64,000 nt of DNA from a virus. Positions 19,623 through 29,928 of the stretch are shown piece by piece; the first letter of the stretch is position 1, and every line of letters begins with the position of its first letter. The DNA lies in the IMG/VR virus record IMGVR_UViG_3300009509_000017, positions 6,269 to 70,268 of that record, one strand, 5' to 3'. A program made the translations under genes and the position numbers. Below the pieces are notes generated by a model that did not search any database, was not told the origin of the DNA, and saw only the letters and a program-made list of their open reading frames with translations.

Positions 19623-20594
19623 ATGCCACAGCCAGGATATAACGACAAGCACGTTGACAGGCCGCTCACCAACATGAGCATTGCCTACATGAACGAGATG
19701 TACATTGCGTCTCGCATCTTTCCGGCAGTGCCTGTCAACGCACGCAGCGACATTGTGCCCAAGTACGACCAGTCACACTGGTTTCGGGCAGCGGCACATG
19801 AGCTAGCGCCGATGGAAGCACCACGACAGGCCGGCTACGAAGTCGATCTGACCGACACGTACTTCTGCCGCAAGTACGGTTTGGGTCACCCGATCCCTGA
19901 CGAGAGCCGGGCCAACACCGATCAGCCATTCGACGTGGACCGGGATGGCATGGAGTTCCTGGTAGACCGGATGGACGCTGCCAAGGAAACTCACTTTGTG
20001 TCCAGCTTCTGGACGACCAGCGTGTGGGGCACGGACTGGGCTGGCGGCACCGACTTCACCAAGTGGTCCGACTATACCGATGGCACGCCCATCGTGGACC
20101 TGCGGACAGGCAAGCGCACGATCCGGCGCAAGATTGCCCGCAATCCCAACTTGCTTGTGTTGGGCGACCTGACCTGGGATGCGCTCGCGGACCATCCTGA
20201 CATGCTGACCCGTATCCAGTACGGGTCAAGCTCTGCATCGCCCGCCATCGTGACCCCCAACCTGGTGGCCCAACTGCTGGAACTGGGACGCATCGAGATC
20301 GGCACCAGCATCTACACCGACGATCCCGAGGGCACTGCCGAGGCCAGCGTGACCTACTCCGCCCACTGGGACGACGATGCGCTGCTGCTCTACCAGCCGC
20401 CACGACCGTCTTTGCGGACCCCTGCGGCTGGCTATCAGTTCGTCTGGAAGACCGTCTTTGGCACGAGCCGCTATATCCGCCGCAGGCGCGAGCCGCTGGC
20501 CGACATGGGCGACCTGCTGGAGATCATCGAGTACTGGGACATGAAAGTCACGGCACCCAATGCCGGACTGTTCATGAGTGACGCTGCCGACTAG
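19623..20594 (+). CDS. major capsid protein
   Basis: VDRPLTNMSIAY, IFPAVPV, PAAGYQF; position and 323-aa size. Confidence 0.85.
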   Translation: MPQPGYNDKHVDRPLTNMSIAYMNEMYIASRIFPAVPVNARSDIVPKYDQSHWFRAAAHELAPMEAPRQAGYEVDLTDTYFCRKYGLGHPIPDESRANTDQPFDVDRDGMEFLVDRMDAAKETHFVSSFWTTSVWGTDWAGGTDFTKWSDYTDGTPIVDLRTGKRTIRRKIARNPNLLVLGDLTWDALADHPDMLTRIQYGSSSASPAIVTPNLVAQLLELGRIEIGTSIYTDDPEGTAEASVTYSAHWDDDALLLYQPPRPSLRTPAAGYQFVWKTVFGTSRYIRRRREPLADMGDLLEIIEYWDMKVTAPNAGLFMSDAAD

Positions 20595-20618
20595 GCTGCG
20601 TAGAAGAGGGGGTGCCCT

Positions 20619-21065
20619 GTGGCAACATCTTCCAAATCGGCCAAGGTGACTGAGGTCACCGAAAAGGCCGGCGATGACTTTGTCAAGGCGCTGTCCGAGT
20701 TTCAGTATCGGGATCTGCGCCTGAGCAGGCAGCAGGTGTTCCAACTGCAAGGTGGTCGGAACGACGAGAAACTGCTGCAGCTACGCTATATCATGCGTGT
20801 TCCCAAGGGCACCGCACTGCACCAATGTGCGGAGTGCGGTGCCCTATTCCAAAGCGAGCACTGGCTGGCCATGCACGGCGAGAAGTGGCACGAGTACCAG
20901 TGCGAGTGCGGCTGGAAACTGCAGCCTGGAACCCTGGACCCGGCGACGGCAATGCGGCGTCATGGGCTAGACTGTCCGGTGGTGCAGGGCGCGAGAGAGG
21001 ATGCGCACAAGGTGCACGTGGTAGAGGCAAAGAGGCTGCAGGAAGCGGGCCTAGTGGAAGAGTAG
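20619..21065 (+). CDS. Zn-finger protein
   Basis: CAECGALF...LAMH and CECG...H. Confidence 0.65.
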   Translation: MATSSKSAKVTEVTEKAGDDFVKALSEFQYRDLRLSRQQVFQLQGGRNDEKLLQLRYIMRVPKGTALHQCAECGALFQSEHWLAMHGEKWHEYQCECGWKLQPGTLDPATAMRRHGLDCPVVQGAREDAHKVHVVEAKRLQEAGLVEE

Positions 21066-21076
21066 AGGGGTAGCAC

Positions 21077-21592
21077 ATGGCGTCTATCACCAGGCGGCAG
21101 GTTGCCGCAACAGTCAGTCGCAAGCTAGGCCAGCTTGGTGGTCACATGACCTATACTGGCCAGGGTGATGAGCAGACAGAGGGTGACTACACTGACGCCA
21201 TCGACTACGCACTCCGTGTCTGCCGCTTTGCCAGCATAGATGATGTCACGGACAGTGCCAGGGTCGAGGCTGTCCTGGCTGCCACCGAGTACTATGCGCT
21301 AGAGCAGATGCTGTACCACTGGACCGCAAAGCCTACACAGCAACAAGGTGCCGGCGCCAGCGGGCTACATCTGATGGTGCAGACAGAGAGCACCATAGCC
21401 TCTCTACGCATGACAGTCAAGGCCGCCAGGGAAAAGATGACGTCTGCGCTGGCAGCAATCGGTGTAAGGCTCGACAGCCAGGCAACGGCAGTTGCCAACA
21501 TCGTACTAATCGACCATGAGGATGAGGACACGCAAGATCTGGTCCTGTCTCCTACTGCCCTGCCTTGGTGGGAAGAGATCTACTGGAAATGA
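21077..21592 (+). CDS. head-tail adaptor (putative)
   Basis: Position after capsid; helical. Confidence 0.55.
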   Translation: MASITRRQVAATVSRKLGQLGGHMTYTGQGDEQTEGDYTDAIDYALRVCRFASIDDVTDSARVEAVLAATEYYALEQMLYHWTAKPTQQQGAGASGLHLMVQTESTIASLRMTVKAAREKMTSALAAIGVRLDSQATAVANIVLIDHEDEDTQDLVLSPTALPWWEEIYWK

Positions 21593-22122
21593 CAGCCATT
21601 ACTGATTCTTTTGAGACGCTGGTAGAGAGTGCCCTGTTCGAGCGCCTTGGCGACCGGATGGGACCAGATGGTATTTATGCCGATCCTTTCTACCTGCAGA
21701 TCAAGAGGTTCGTCAGGGTGGCGGGAGAGGTCATACCAACCCTGCCTACCCAAGACATGCCCTTTGTCTGGCTGGAGTACATCGGTGGCATCGACCGTGG
21801 CATGGTGATTGGCTCGCCAGTAGGCTTTGCCAGGGAAGTATTCACCATCTATGCCTACTTGGTTTTCACACCAGAGATCTTGCAGTTAGCGAACAACGAT
21901 GTTGACACTTTCTTGCAAAGTGCAAAGGCCAATGCCGGCACCTTTGCCAGGCGACTGCGGATGTGTGTGATGGGCTGGACCCCATCGGTGGCCTGTCCGG
22001 TAACAGGGCAGAAGGTAATGAAAGCCAGGCCAAGCGCATACGGGTTGGCCGGAACCTACATCAATGACCTGCGACGTGAGTTCAGTGTCACCTTACGATG
22101 GGAGTTGGAGTTAGAACCATGA
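21589..22122 (+). CDS. tail terminator/completion protein (putative)
   Basis: DMPFVWLEY motif, upstream of the tail tube gene. Confidence 0.55.
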   Translation: MTAITDSFETLVESALFERLGDRMGPDGIYADPFYLQIKRFVRVAGEVIPTLPTQDMPFVWLEYIGGIDRGMVIGSPVGFAREVFTIYAYLVFTPEILQLANNDVDTFLQSAKANAGTFARRLRMCVMGWTPSVACPVTGQKVMKARPSAYGLAGTYINDLRREFSVTLRWELELEP

Positions 22123-22397
22123 AACGATTGTACTATGTAGGCACTGGCATCGACTTCACCGATGGCCGCCTACCTGGCATGGTCCTCAACTATGGCAATG
22201 CCGTGGATGTGCACGACGACGAGCTTGTAGAGAAGTTGCTGGTTCTATCCCACTTTTCGGACAAGATTGTCAGCCCGAGACATGTAGAGGTAGAGGCTGT
22301 GCAAGAGGATGAGCCAGAAGAGGAATGGCTGGACGTTGTCGAGGAAGTGCCAGACGATTCTGACCTGGAGGTAGACGATGACCACACCAACTGGTGA
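22119..22397 (+). CDS. small acidic protein
   Basis: ATGA overlap; acidic C-terminus. Confidence 0.55.
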   Translation: MKRLYYVGTGIDFTDGRLPGMVLNYGNAVDVHDDELVEKLLVLSHFSDKIVSPRHVEVEAVQEDEPEEEWLDVVEEVPDDSDLEVDDDHTNW

Positions 22398-23754
22398 TGA
22401 GGGCTATGTCGGGTTTGCCATTCAGACTGCAAAGGATACGGCTGCATCAGCATTCTTTGGCATCCTGCACACAGCATTCTCATGGGAACCACAGATTGTG
22501 CAAGACGAGGAACCGGAGGCAGAGATCGGCGCCAGTGGCATCGACGTGGCAAAGCCTGAGCGCTTTGGCCATGAGGGTGCCACATTTCGTGGCGAGCTAC
22601 GCTGCCGCCCGGGCAATGCGGGGTTCATCTTACGAGCCTTTGGCATGGCACCAACAGAGGGACCGTATGTCATCATTCCTACGGTGAATGACGTGATCTC
22701 CATCACTGACAGTGGCGGCGGGCCTATTGCCGTCAACCTGGTGACCGGGACTGGCGCCACCTTGTCGTACCTGACTGCATACACCGACACGCAGCTTACT
22801 GCCGGCATAAAGGCTGCGCTGGACGGTGACACTACGCTCACGGGCACATATACCGTGACCTTTTCTACCAACAAGTTCTCCATTGCCATTGACTCCGGAT
22901 CGTTCACCCTGCACTGGACGACCGAGCCGCTGACAGCGGCCTGGTTGGGCTACGACTCTAGCGCTGACGACAGCGGAACCGGGCCTTTCGTAGGTGACTA
23001 CGATGCCAACTGGCCAAATACACACATCTTCAAGCCGATTGACTCTGTGGCCAGTTTCCCCTGGATGACGATCTTGGACAAGTTCAATGCCAGTGCTGAC
23101 CTGGACACGATCTTGATCAATGCTAGGGTGAACAGTATCACGTTCACTGCAGACGCCAACGGGTTGGTGCGTATGTCCTACGAGGGTGTGGCGCTGTCGT
23201 TCCAAGACGCAGGTGGATCTGAGACGAGCACGGCTGACGCTGCCACCATCGGCACGCCTAACACCGGCAACGACGATGGTTATGTAGTCATGAACCAGGT
23301 GGCCTATTGGGCTGCCGGGTTCGAGACTACCCTGCAGTGGGAACAGGGTACATTGCCCAAACTCACGCAGTCTGGACCGGAAGAGATCACGGCTGCCAGG
23401 CGCCGGGTAAACGGCAACATGGACATCTACTTTGGCGCCGATGACGGTGCCATGTTCCGCAAGGCTTACTATGGTGGGGGTGCGGGAACGACATTCTCAA
23501 CAACTATCGTGCAAGAGCCGTTGGCCATCAAGTTCTGTGCCGGGCAGAATACACCATCTGGTACTGATGCTGTGCTGCCATACGCCATCACTTTTGCTTA
23601 CTACCACACCAACATCCTCACCTACCCCCTGGAGAAATCCGGTGGGGAACCTGTGGACGGTGGCATGACCTACATGGTCAGCCGTGACAGTATCGACTGG
23701 GCACTCCTGTTCACAAACGGGTATGACGCTGATTACTACGACACGCCAACATAG
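22378..23754 (+). CDS. major tail tube protein
   Basis: GYVGFAIQTA N-terminus typical of tube proteins; precedes chaperone and tape measure. Confidence 0.75.
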   Translation: MTTPTGDEGYVGFAIQTAKDTAASAFFGILHTAFSWEPQIVQDEEPEAEIGASGIDVAKPERFGHEGATFRGELRCRPGNAGFILRAFGMAPTEGPYVIIPTVNDVISITDSGGGPIAVNLVTGTGATLSYLTAYTDTQLTAGIKAALDGDTTLTGTYTVTFSTNKFSIAIDSGSFTLHWTTEPLTAAWLGYDSSADDSGTGPFVGDYDANWPNTHIFKPIDSVASFPWMTILDKFNASADLDTILINARVNSITFTADANGLVRMSYEGVALSFQDAGGSETSTADAATIGTPNTGNDDGYVVMNQVAYWAAGFETTLQWEQGTLPKLTQSGPEEITAARRRVNGNMDIYFGADDGAMFRKAYYGGGAGTTFSTTIVQEPLAIKFCAGQNTPSGTDAVLPYAITFAYYHTNILTYPLEKSGGEPVDGGMTYMVSRDSIDWALLFTNGYDADYYDTPT

Positions 23755-23781
23755 ATCGTAGATTAAACTAGGGAGGGACCT

Positions 23782-24330
23782 GTGTCTGACCTTTTTACAC
23801 GTGACGTTTATCGGCCACTTGGACTGGCAGCCTGGCAAAGGTTAGTCGAGCGGGCTAGCCAGTCCATGGCTGAGTCTGTGGAAGATGGCGCCGAAACGCC
23901 AAGAATCGAACAACAACAGGTACTGGATGCGCTGAAGGTCACAATCGTGTGCCACTCAGTAACCCGGCTTGAGGCTTTGGGCCGGGCCAGGGCACGTGAT
24001 AAAGTGATCGAGCAAGCAGAAGAGCTAACGGGCATGTCGAGGGAAAGCCTGGATCTCACCAAGGCTGACTGGGAACATGCCTCTGTGATCATCACTCGCC
24101 TGCAAGCCGTAGACATTCTGTGCTGTATTGATTTTGATGCCTGTAAGGGTATCGAGTTCGGTGACGATCCCCCTGAGTGGTTCGACCTGGACGCCGATCA
24201 CTGGGTGGCGACCGACGATCCCACCGACTGGGAAAGGGCACGCGACTGGTTCTTTGAGGCATGCCTGGACGTTGCTCATCAGGCCAACCCACAGTTTGTC
24301 CTTGGTGGTGGCCAGGTCCCTTTCGGTTAA
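23782..24330 (+). CDS. tail assembly chaperone (G)
   Basis: Between tube and tape measure; ends at a slippery heptamer. Confidence 0.7.
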   Translation: MSDLFTRDVYRPLGLAAWQRLVERASQSMAESVEDGAETPRIEQQQVLDALKVTIVCHSVTRLEALGRARARDKVIEQAEELTGMSRESLDLTKADWEHASVIITRLQAVDILCCIDFDACKGIEFGDDPPEWFDLDADHWVATDDPTDWERARDWFFEACLDVAHQANPQFVLGGGQVPFG

Positions 24331-24677
24331 AGGCTAGGGCACACGACGACCTAGCCAGGCTAGACAAATTCATTGGACATTGGCTTGCGGATGAGGATGG
24401 CGACTCAGGAGAGTGGGACCCGCTAGATCCTGGGAACGTCCTGATCGACATAGATAGCTCGCTTGCGCAGTGGACTCTCTGCCAGGCGTTTCAATGGCGT
24501 CATCTACCTAAGCCAGGTGGTATCCTGGCCCAAGATGACGTCTTTTTGCATGACGCAGCCATAATCAGCAGGAGGCTGGGGTTACTGCGGGCGGCGAAGG
24601 AACGGAATAAAAAGCGCAGGGAAGAGGCAGAGAAGAGACTGGGGATTCTGCGCAAGCTGACAGGAAAGGGCAAGTAA
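24318..24677 (+). CDS. tail assembly chaperone -1 frameshift extension (GT)
   Basis: C CCT TTC at 24318-24324 (X XXY YYZ); the -1 frame reads PFRLKAR... to 24677. Confidence 0.75.
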   Translation, partial: PFRLKARAHDDLARLDKFIGHWLADEDGDSGEWDPLDPGNVLIDIDSSLAQWTLCQAFQWRHLPKPGGILAQDDVFLHDAAIISRRLGLLRAAKERNKKRREEAEKRLGILRKLTGKGK

Positions 24678-25309
24678 TGGCGTTTACATGGGGTTCTACA
24701 TTTAGGCGATTCAACCAGACCATTGTCCGCAAGCAGGTTGCTGCTATTGTGCGGTTCAAGCCTGCGCTGGTATTGGTTAATCCTCCGGAAAGCTCTGCAT
24801 GGCAAGAGCCTATTGAGCTTTCTTACGCCTTAGCATTCCTGAGCAGCGACCAGGTAGACACCATCATGGCGCCGATCCGTAGTGGTTTTGCATGGAACTT
24901 CATAACGGAAGGGTCCGCAGAGGGACCGTGGGATGACCTGGCCGATGCAACAGTTGAGGAACGAGAGCAGTGGATGGAGCTTGGGCCGGAGTGGGGGATA
25001 GAGTTTGTGCCGGGGTTCAGTGGCACCAACCCTATTCTGCAGCGCACCGGAGAATACAAGATGTCATGGGTGGACAGTGGGCACCCAAAGCACGGCAGGG
25101 AAGATAGGCCACTAGGCATGGTCGGCAGAGAGATACTGGAGGGCAGCGCAGATGAACCGAGGGCATACGAGCTATCCGTGGGGTTACCGGCGCAGAACCT
25201 GCCTGCCAGGCCGGTGGCGCCAGTTGATGAGCAATTCGAGACAGCCATGAAAGCCAGGATCGATGCGTTGCTCACAAAGTACGTTCAGCGTGTCCATCCA
25301 CAGACATAG
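24677..25309 (+). CDS. virion morphogenesis/tail completion protein (Mu gpG-like)
   Basis: W..LA.AT, ILQRTG and LPARP motifs. Confidence 0.65.
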   Translation: MAFTWGSTFRRFNQTIVRKQVAAIVRFKPALVLVNPPESSAWQEPIELSYALAFLSSDQVDTIMAPIRSGFAWNFITEGSAEGPWDDLADATVEEREQWMELGPEWGIEFVPGFSGTNPILQRTGEYKMSWVDSGHPKHGREDRPLGMVGREILEGSADEPRAYELSVGLPAQNLPARPVAPVDEQFETAMKARIDALLTKYVQRVHPQT

Positions 25310-25463
25310 GAAATGGTGCTGATGCCGCTATGTTACTCCCATCCAATCATGCCGGCCAAGCACGACGCACGTCTGCGTCCAGGGACCGATGGTGTGTAAT
25401 GGGCGGTATCTCAGATCGTCACCACATCAGCACCTATGGACTTTGTCACCAAAGCCTATGGAT

Positions 25464-25492
25464 AGTATAGCACATTTGACCGTAACGGTCAA
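25464..25492 (-). promoter_or_regulatory. antisense sigma70-type promoter
   Basis: TTGACC-N17-TATACT with TGn extension on the - strand. Confidence 0.65.
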
Positions 25493-25503
25493 GAGAGGGT
25501 ATC

Positions 25504-28500
25504 ATGCCAGGCAAGGCTGAATACTGGTATGTTCTGAAACTGGAGGGTGATGATGCGCTAAAGGAAGCGCAGAAATTCGCCCAGGCTGTCAAGAAAGAGC
25601 TTCAACAGATCCAGACCACGGCTGACGTTGTCCTCAAGGCTCGCATTGATACGAGTGGCACCCAAAAGGCTGCGCTTACTGATGCTCAGAAATTAGAGCA
25701 GGAATACAAAAAGGGGTTAGCCCGGGCACAGCGGGAATTTACTGCCACTGCCTCACGGTATGGCGCCAGGGAGTACACAGCGTCGTTCCGATCTATGTGG
25801 GAAGAGGGAACGATCAAGCCGTCTATGCAGGCTATTGCTAAGATCCGACAGGCGGAGGGGGCAATTACTGACCTTGGCAAAGTAGCCAAGAAGATGGGTG
25901 TGACTACGGACGACCTGGTCAACATGAGTGGGCTAGATCGGGCGATCACCTCTGTTCAGGCGATCCAGCGCAAGATATGGGGTCTACGGGGCCTTGGTTA
26001 CCAGTTGGAGTCGTATGGTCGTGGCTTGACTATGACGGCTACAGCCATGGGTGCTGCAGCGGCACTGGCCAGTCAAAAGTACCTGGCCTTTGCGCAGCCT
26101 CTTGGCAAGGCTGCACGAAACCTTGACCTAAACGCAGAACTTACCGAGGTTTTGGATCGCAAGCTCACCACCCTTGCCGGAACCGTCTCGATGATGACGC
26201 CACAGGAGCAGGCCGAGGGTCTGTATCTGTGGGCTGCAGCCACTGGTGCCGTTGTCGATTCGGAGGAAGAGCTAAACGAGGTACTGAGGCAATCCGATCA
26301 GGTGCAGCGCCTGGCGTTACTGGGTAACGTCGAATACGGCACTGCGGTAGAGGCAGTGACCGACATTCTCTCCCAGTACCAGTTGAGCATGGATCAGACC
26401 GGCAGGGTGGTGAACACCCTGATCAAGGTGGCTGCCGTATCAAAGGCAGAGGTAAGCGACCTTGCCCAGGCTTTCAGCTTTGCTGGTGCCCGGGCGGACC
26501 AGGCCAACACGAGCTTTGAGGACACGGCTGCCATTTTCCAGCTACTCAGTGCCTTTGGCCTGCGTGGTTCGCGGGCTGGTCGTGGTGTGGGTATGCTACT
26601 TGAGAACCTGATTGCACCTGCAGCCACAGCAAAGAAAGAGCTTGACGAGTTATTCACCGAGGTATTTGGTAGGACGGATGTACTCTCCACTGCAGAGGGA
26701 CAGTTTGTAGGCACGGCAGAAGCCATCGGTATACTCGCGGATGCGACACAGAACTTGACAGAGGTTGAGCGGGCAGAGTTTGTGGCCAAGTTGACGAGTC
26801 AAAACGCTAGCCGTGCTCTTGTCCCTCTACTTGAGCTTGAGCGAGCGGCCAGGGAACGTGGGATCTCCGCAATCGAGACCACGAGTATTATGCTACGTGG
26901 TGCCGCAACCGACGCAGAGCGGGCACAGGTTCAGGCATTCCAGGGTATGATGAAGGCTCTGACTGGGTACACAGCAGACTCTACCAGCGCTTTGGATACA
27001 GCCAACAGGCAATGGGAAGAATACGCGAAACATGTCTCTGGCCAGGCGGAGTACATCAAGGCGTCATTTGATGCATCCATTGTAGATATCGGCAGGGAAA
27101 TGACCACCGTGCTCTTGCCGGTAATGCAGGAGGTTGCTGGCCTGGCCAAGGACTTAGCGGAGTATGTTGGCGAGCACCCTGGTGCGGCATCTACCATTGT
27201 ATGGGGTGCTGTCATCACCGGGTTCTTGGGTGTGCTGACCACAGCAGTCGGTAAGGGTATTCGCCTGGTTGCTGACGTCAAGACCATGGCAATGGCAGCC
27301 AGTCTGAACAAGCAGGCCAAGGATGCGCTGACTGCGGCGGCCACACATGTCGGTGCCGCAGAGCTTGAAATGCGGGCCGCTGGAATGCACATGGCGGCAG
27401 CAAACATAGAACTAAGGGCTGCCGGCATGGAAGCGGCGAGCGACACGGCAGAATCGTTGGCCGGTGGACTAGGCGTTGCCGGTGGCATTGCTGGAGGTCT
27501 AGGTGGCACAGCCGCTGCCGGCGCCGGGCTAGCCTCTCTACTGGGACCTATTGCCCTGGCGCTAGCTGGCGTTGCTGCACTTGGCACGTACATTGCTTAC
27601 CTGCAGGCAAAGGAGAGATCTGAGCGTGAGAATGCTGCCGTAGTCGCGGCCAGTGCTGACACATATGCCATTTACATACAAAGGCTAAAGGACGCCGGAG
27701 AAGAGAAGTATGCCCTCACTGAGGCTACCTATGATCTGATTCAGGCCGAGCGTGGGGAAGGTGATGCTTTCTCGCAGCAAGAGGCAGAGGACTATGCCAA
27801 GGAATTGGCCAACGCTAGGCGTGAGCTAGAAGAATATATCAAGACTGATGCCCGCCTGAATATGGTACAGGGTTTGAGCTTTGAGGAACAAGCTCAGATG
27901 CTAGATGTTGCGCAGCAGTATGCCCAGGAACTGGCCCAGGAGTTCGTCAGGGGAGCGTCAGAGCAGCAGTTATTGCTAGCGCAGCAAGATGGCCTTGTGC
28001 AGCAAATTGTCGAGGGCATGAACATCGAGGCACAATATGCCAAGATTGTGGCCGATGAGATTGCACGTGCTGCGTATGTAGCTGCAGTGGCGGCACGTGG
28101 AGAGGCAATTGGTGGGGGTGCACCAGAAGCTCTGGCTTACGAGTATCTGGCCACAGGCGCTGCGGAGGCAGGAGACGCCATACTAGATGCAGAAGATGCG
28201 CAGAATGAGCTAGCAAACGCTGTCAAGGAAAGCCTTACGCCGCTAGAACAATTTGTCCAGACCGCAGGCAGGCTGGATAGTGAGCTACAGTACGTGCGAA
28301 GCGGGCTACTTGATGTGGCACAGGCGCTGAGTATCCTGGGTGACACTGGCGGCCTGGATATTATCGAGCGGGAATTGTCCAGGGTAGAGGGAGGGATGAC
28401 CCTGCTCCGTGCCAGGGCAGTTGATCTTGGCATCGAAGAGGGTGCCAAGAAGGGGAAACAGTCTCTCGAAGACCTGGCAGATGCTGTAGAGAGTGCCGCA

Positions 28501-29550
28501 GATGCCGGGTTCGACAAGTTCAAGGATCTGGCAGGGATGATGTCGGACGTACAGATCCTGGGCATGTACGACGACTACCTGGCCGAGATGGACACGGTTT
28601 ACACCCAGGCTTCTATGATGGATGGACGGCAGGCGGAGTTGTTCATTCAGAGATGGGAAGACACCTGGCAGGCCAAGGTGGATGGGTACAAGGACGCAGA
28701 GGATGAGATCACAAAGAACGCAGAACAGGCGGCCAAGGACAGAGAGCGCTTTCTTGAGGATGCCGCAAAGGGGTTTAAGGGATTAGTAGAGGCAGCGCTA
28801 AAGCCCACCAGCGTCACTGGGCTGGACATGTTGCAGACTGACATAGGCGCCTACAAGGACAAGTGGGATGAGGCTGCCAGGCGCATGCGGGCAGCAATGG
28901 AAGACCCGGGCGGCGAATGGGGGTTCATGATCCCCGAGGATGTCAAGGCGCAGGGTCTCGACGCAGCCAAGGCATGGGGTGCAAATTGGATCGATCAGTT
29001 CTATGCCGGCATGCACCCTGACCAGATCGACTGGCCAGCATTCATAACATCATTCAAGCAAAGCCTAGAGAGAGAGGCTGCGAAGGGCAGACTGGTGGAT
29101 ATCGCCATAGGAAAGCTAGCAGAGGAAGGAATCACTGCGACGAGCGATGAAGTGCTGGCTGCCCTTGGCCTGCAGAGTCCGCTGCAGCAAATGTTCCTGG
29201 GCGGGCTTAGTCCCACAGACGCCAGTAAGGGGTTGTCTAGCACGATGAGTTCTGTGGTGTCCGGAATCTCGATTGAGCAGGGCACGTTTGATACTGCTGC
29301 TGGAACAGTAAGCACTGCCTTTGTCGGCTCGCTAAACACTAACCTAGCCGAGTCGAATCTGCCGGTGACGCTGAACGCTATATGGATCAAGCAGATGAGC
29401 GATGCGCCAGATCCGATCATTGCTGTCGGTAGAGTGGCAGGTGGGCTATTCTGGCAAGGGTTTGAGGAAAGCGCAGAAGGATCTACGTTCGCAGATTACA
29501 TCAGCGGACTTGTCCTTGCCGAGATACTGGAAGCAATGGGGGGTACATAG
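25504..29550 (+). CDS. tail tape measure protein (TP901-like core)
   Basis: 1348 aa Ala-rich helical protein; DLAQAFSFAG..GLRGSRAG core. Confidence 0.9.
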   Translation: MPGKAEYWYVLKLEGDDALKEAQKFAQAVKKELQQIQTTADVVLKARIDTSGTQKAALTDAQKLEQEYKKGLARAQREFTATASRYGAREYTASFRSMWEEGTIKPSMQAIAKIRQAEGAITDLGKVAKKMGVTTDDLVNMSGLDRAITSVQAIQRKIWGLRGLGYQLESYGRGLTMTATAMGAAAALASQKYLAFAQPLGKAARNLDLNAELTEVLDRKLTTLAGTVSMMTPQEQAEGLYLWAAATGAVVDSEEELNEVLRQSDQVQRLALLGNVEYGTAVEAVTDILSQYQLSMDQTGRVVNTLIKVAAVSKAEVSDLAQAFSFAGARADQANTSFEDTAAIFQLLSAFGLRGSRAGRGVGMLLENLIAPAATAKKELDELFTEVFGRTDVLSTAEGQFVGTAEAIGILADATQNLTEVERAEFVAKLTSQNASRALVPLLELERAARERGISAIETTSIMLRGAATDAERAQVQAFQGMMKALTGYTADSTSALDTANRQWEEYAKHVSGQAEYIKASFDASIVDIGREMTTVLLPVMQEVAGLAKDLAEYVGEHPGAASTIVWGAVITGFLGVLTTAVGKGIRLVADVKTMAMAASLNKQAKDALTAAATHVGAAELEMRAAGMHMAAANIELRAAGMEAASDTAESLAGGLGVAGGIAGGLGGTAAAGAGLASLLGPIALALAGVAALGTYIAYLQAKERSERENAAVVAASADTYAIYIQRLKDAGEEKYALTEATYDLIQAERGEGDAFSQQEAEDYAKELANARRELEEYIKTDARLNMVQGLSFEEQAQMLDVAQQYAQELAQEFVRGASEQQLLLAQQDGLVQQIVEGMNIEAQYAKIVADEIARAAYVAAVAARGEAIGGGAPEALAYEYLATGAAEAGDAILDAEDAQNELANAVKESLTPLEQFVQTAGRLDSELQYVRSGLLDVAQALSILGDTGGLDIIERELSRVEGGMTLLRARAVDLGIEEGAKKGKQSLEDLADAVESAADAGFDKFKDLAGMMSDVQILGMYDDYLAEMDTVYTQASMMDGRQAELFIQRWEDTWQAKVDGYKDAEDEITKNAEQAAKDRERFLEDAAKGFKGLVEAALKPTSVTGLDMLQTDIGAYKDKWDEAARRMRAAMEDPGGEWGFMIPEDVKAQGLDAAKAWGANWIDQFYAGMHPDQIDWPAFITSFKQSLEREAAKGRLVDIAIGKLAEEGITATSDEVLAALGLQSPLQQMFLGGLSPTDASKGLSSTMSSVVSGISIEQGTFDTAAGTVSTAFVGSLNTNLAESNLPVTLNAIWIKQMSDAPDPIIAVGRVAGGLFWQGFEESAEGSTFADYISGLVLAEILEAMGGT

Positions 29551-29559
29551 GAGGCCGGC

Positions 29560-29925
29560 ATGCCATTTGAAATCAATGGTGCTCCGCCGCCTACTGGCGG
29601 AATACCAGTAGGCAATGGGTACATTTTCAACCTTCCGGAACCAACAGGTGTAGACGGACAGGGGAATCCCTGTGGAATGGTTGGCTATCCGTCAGTAACC
29701 ATCAGGTTCGAGCGCATGTCGCCAACGGTGTGGGACTGGTACAAGGATTGGACCGGATCTGATCCATATGAGTCTCTAACGTCCCTACAGGTATGGAACC
29801 CGTTTCTGGCTACTCCTGGGTGGACTACCTATTCCACATCTGCGATCATGCATCGCCCAACCTACAGTAACATGTCTAACGGATATTACCTTGACGTGGA
29901 AATCAAGTTCACAAGGCTGAGTTGA
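29560..29925 (+). CDS. distal tail protein (putative)
   Basis: Directly after the tape measure gene. Confidence 0.55.
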   Translation: MPFEINGAPPPTGGIPVGNGYIFNLPEPTGVDGQGNPCGMVGYPSVTIRFERMSPTVWDWYKDWTGSDPYESLTSLQVWNPFLATPGWTTYSTSAIMHRPTYSNMSNGYYLDVEIKFTRLS

Positions 29926-29928
29926 GCC

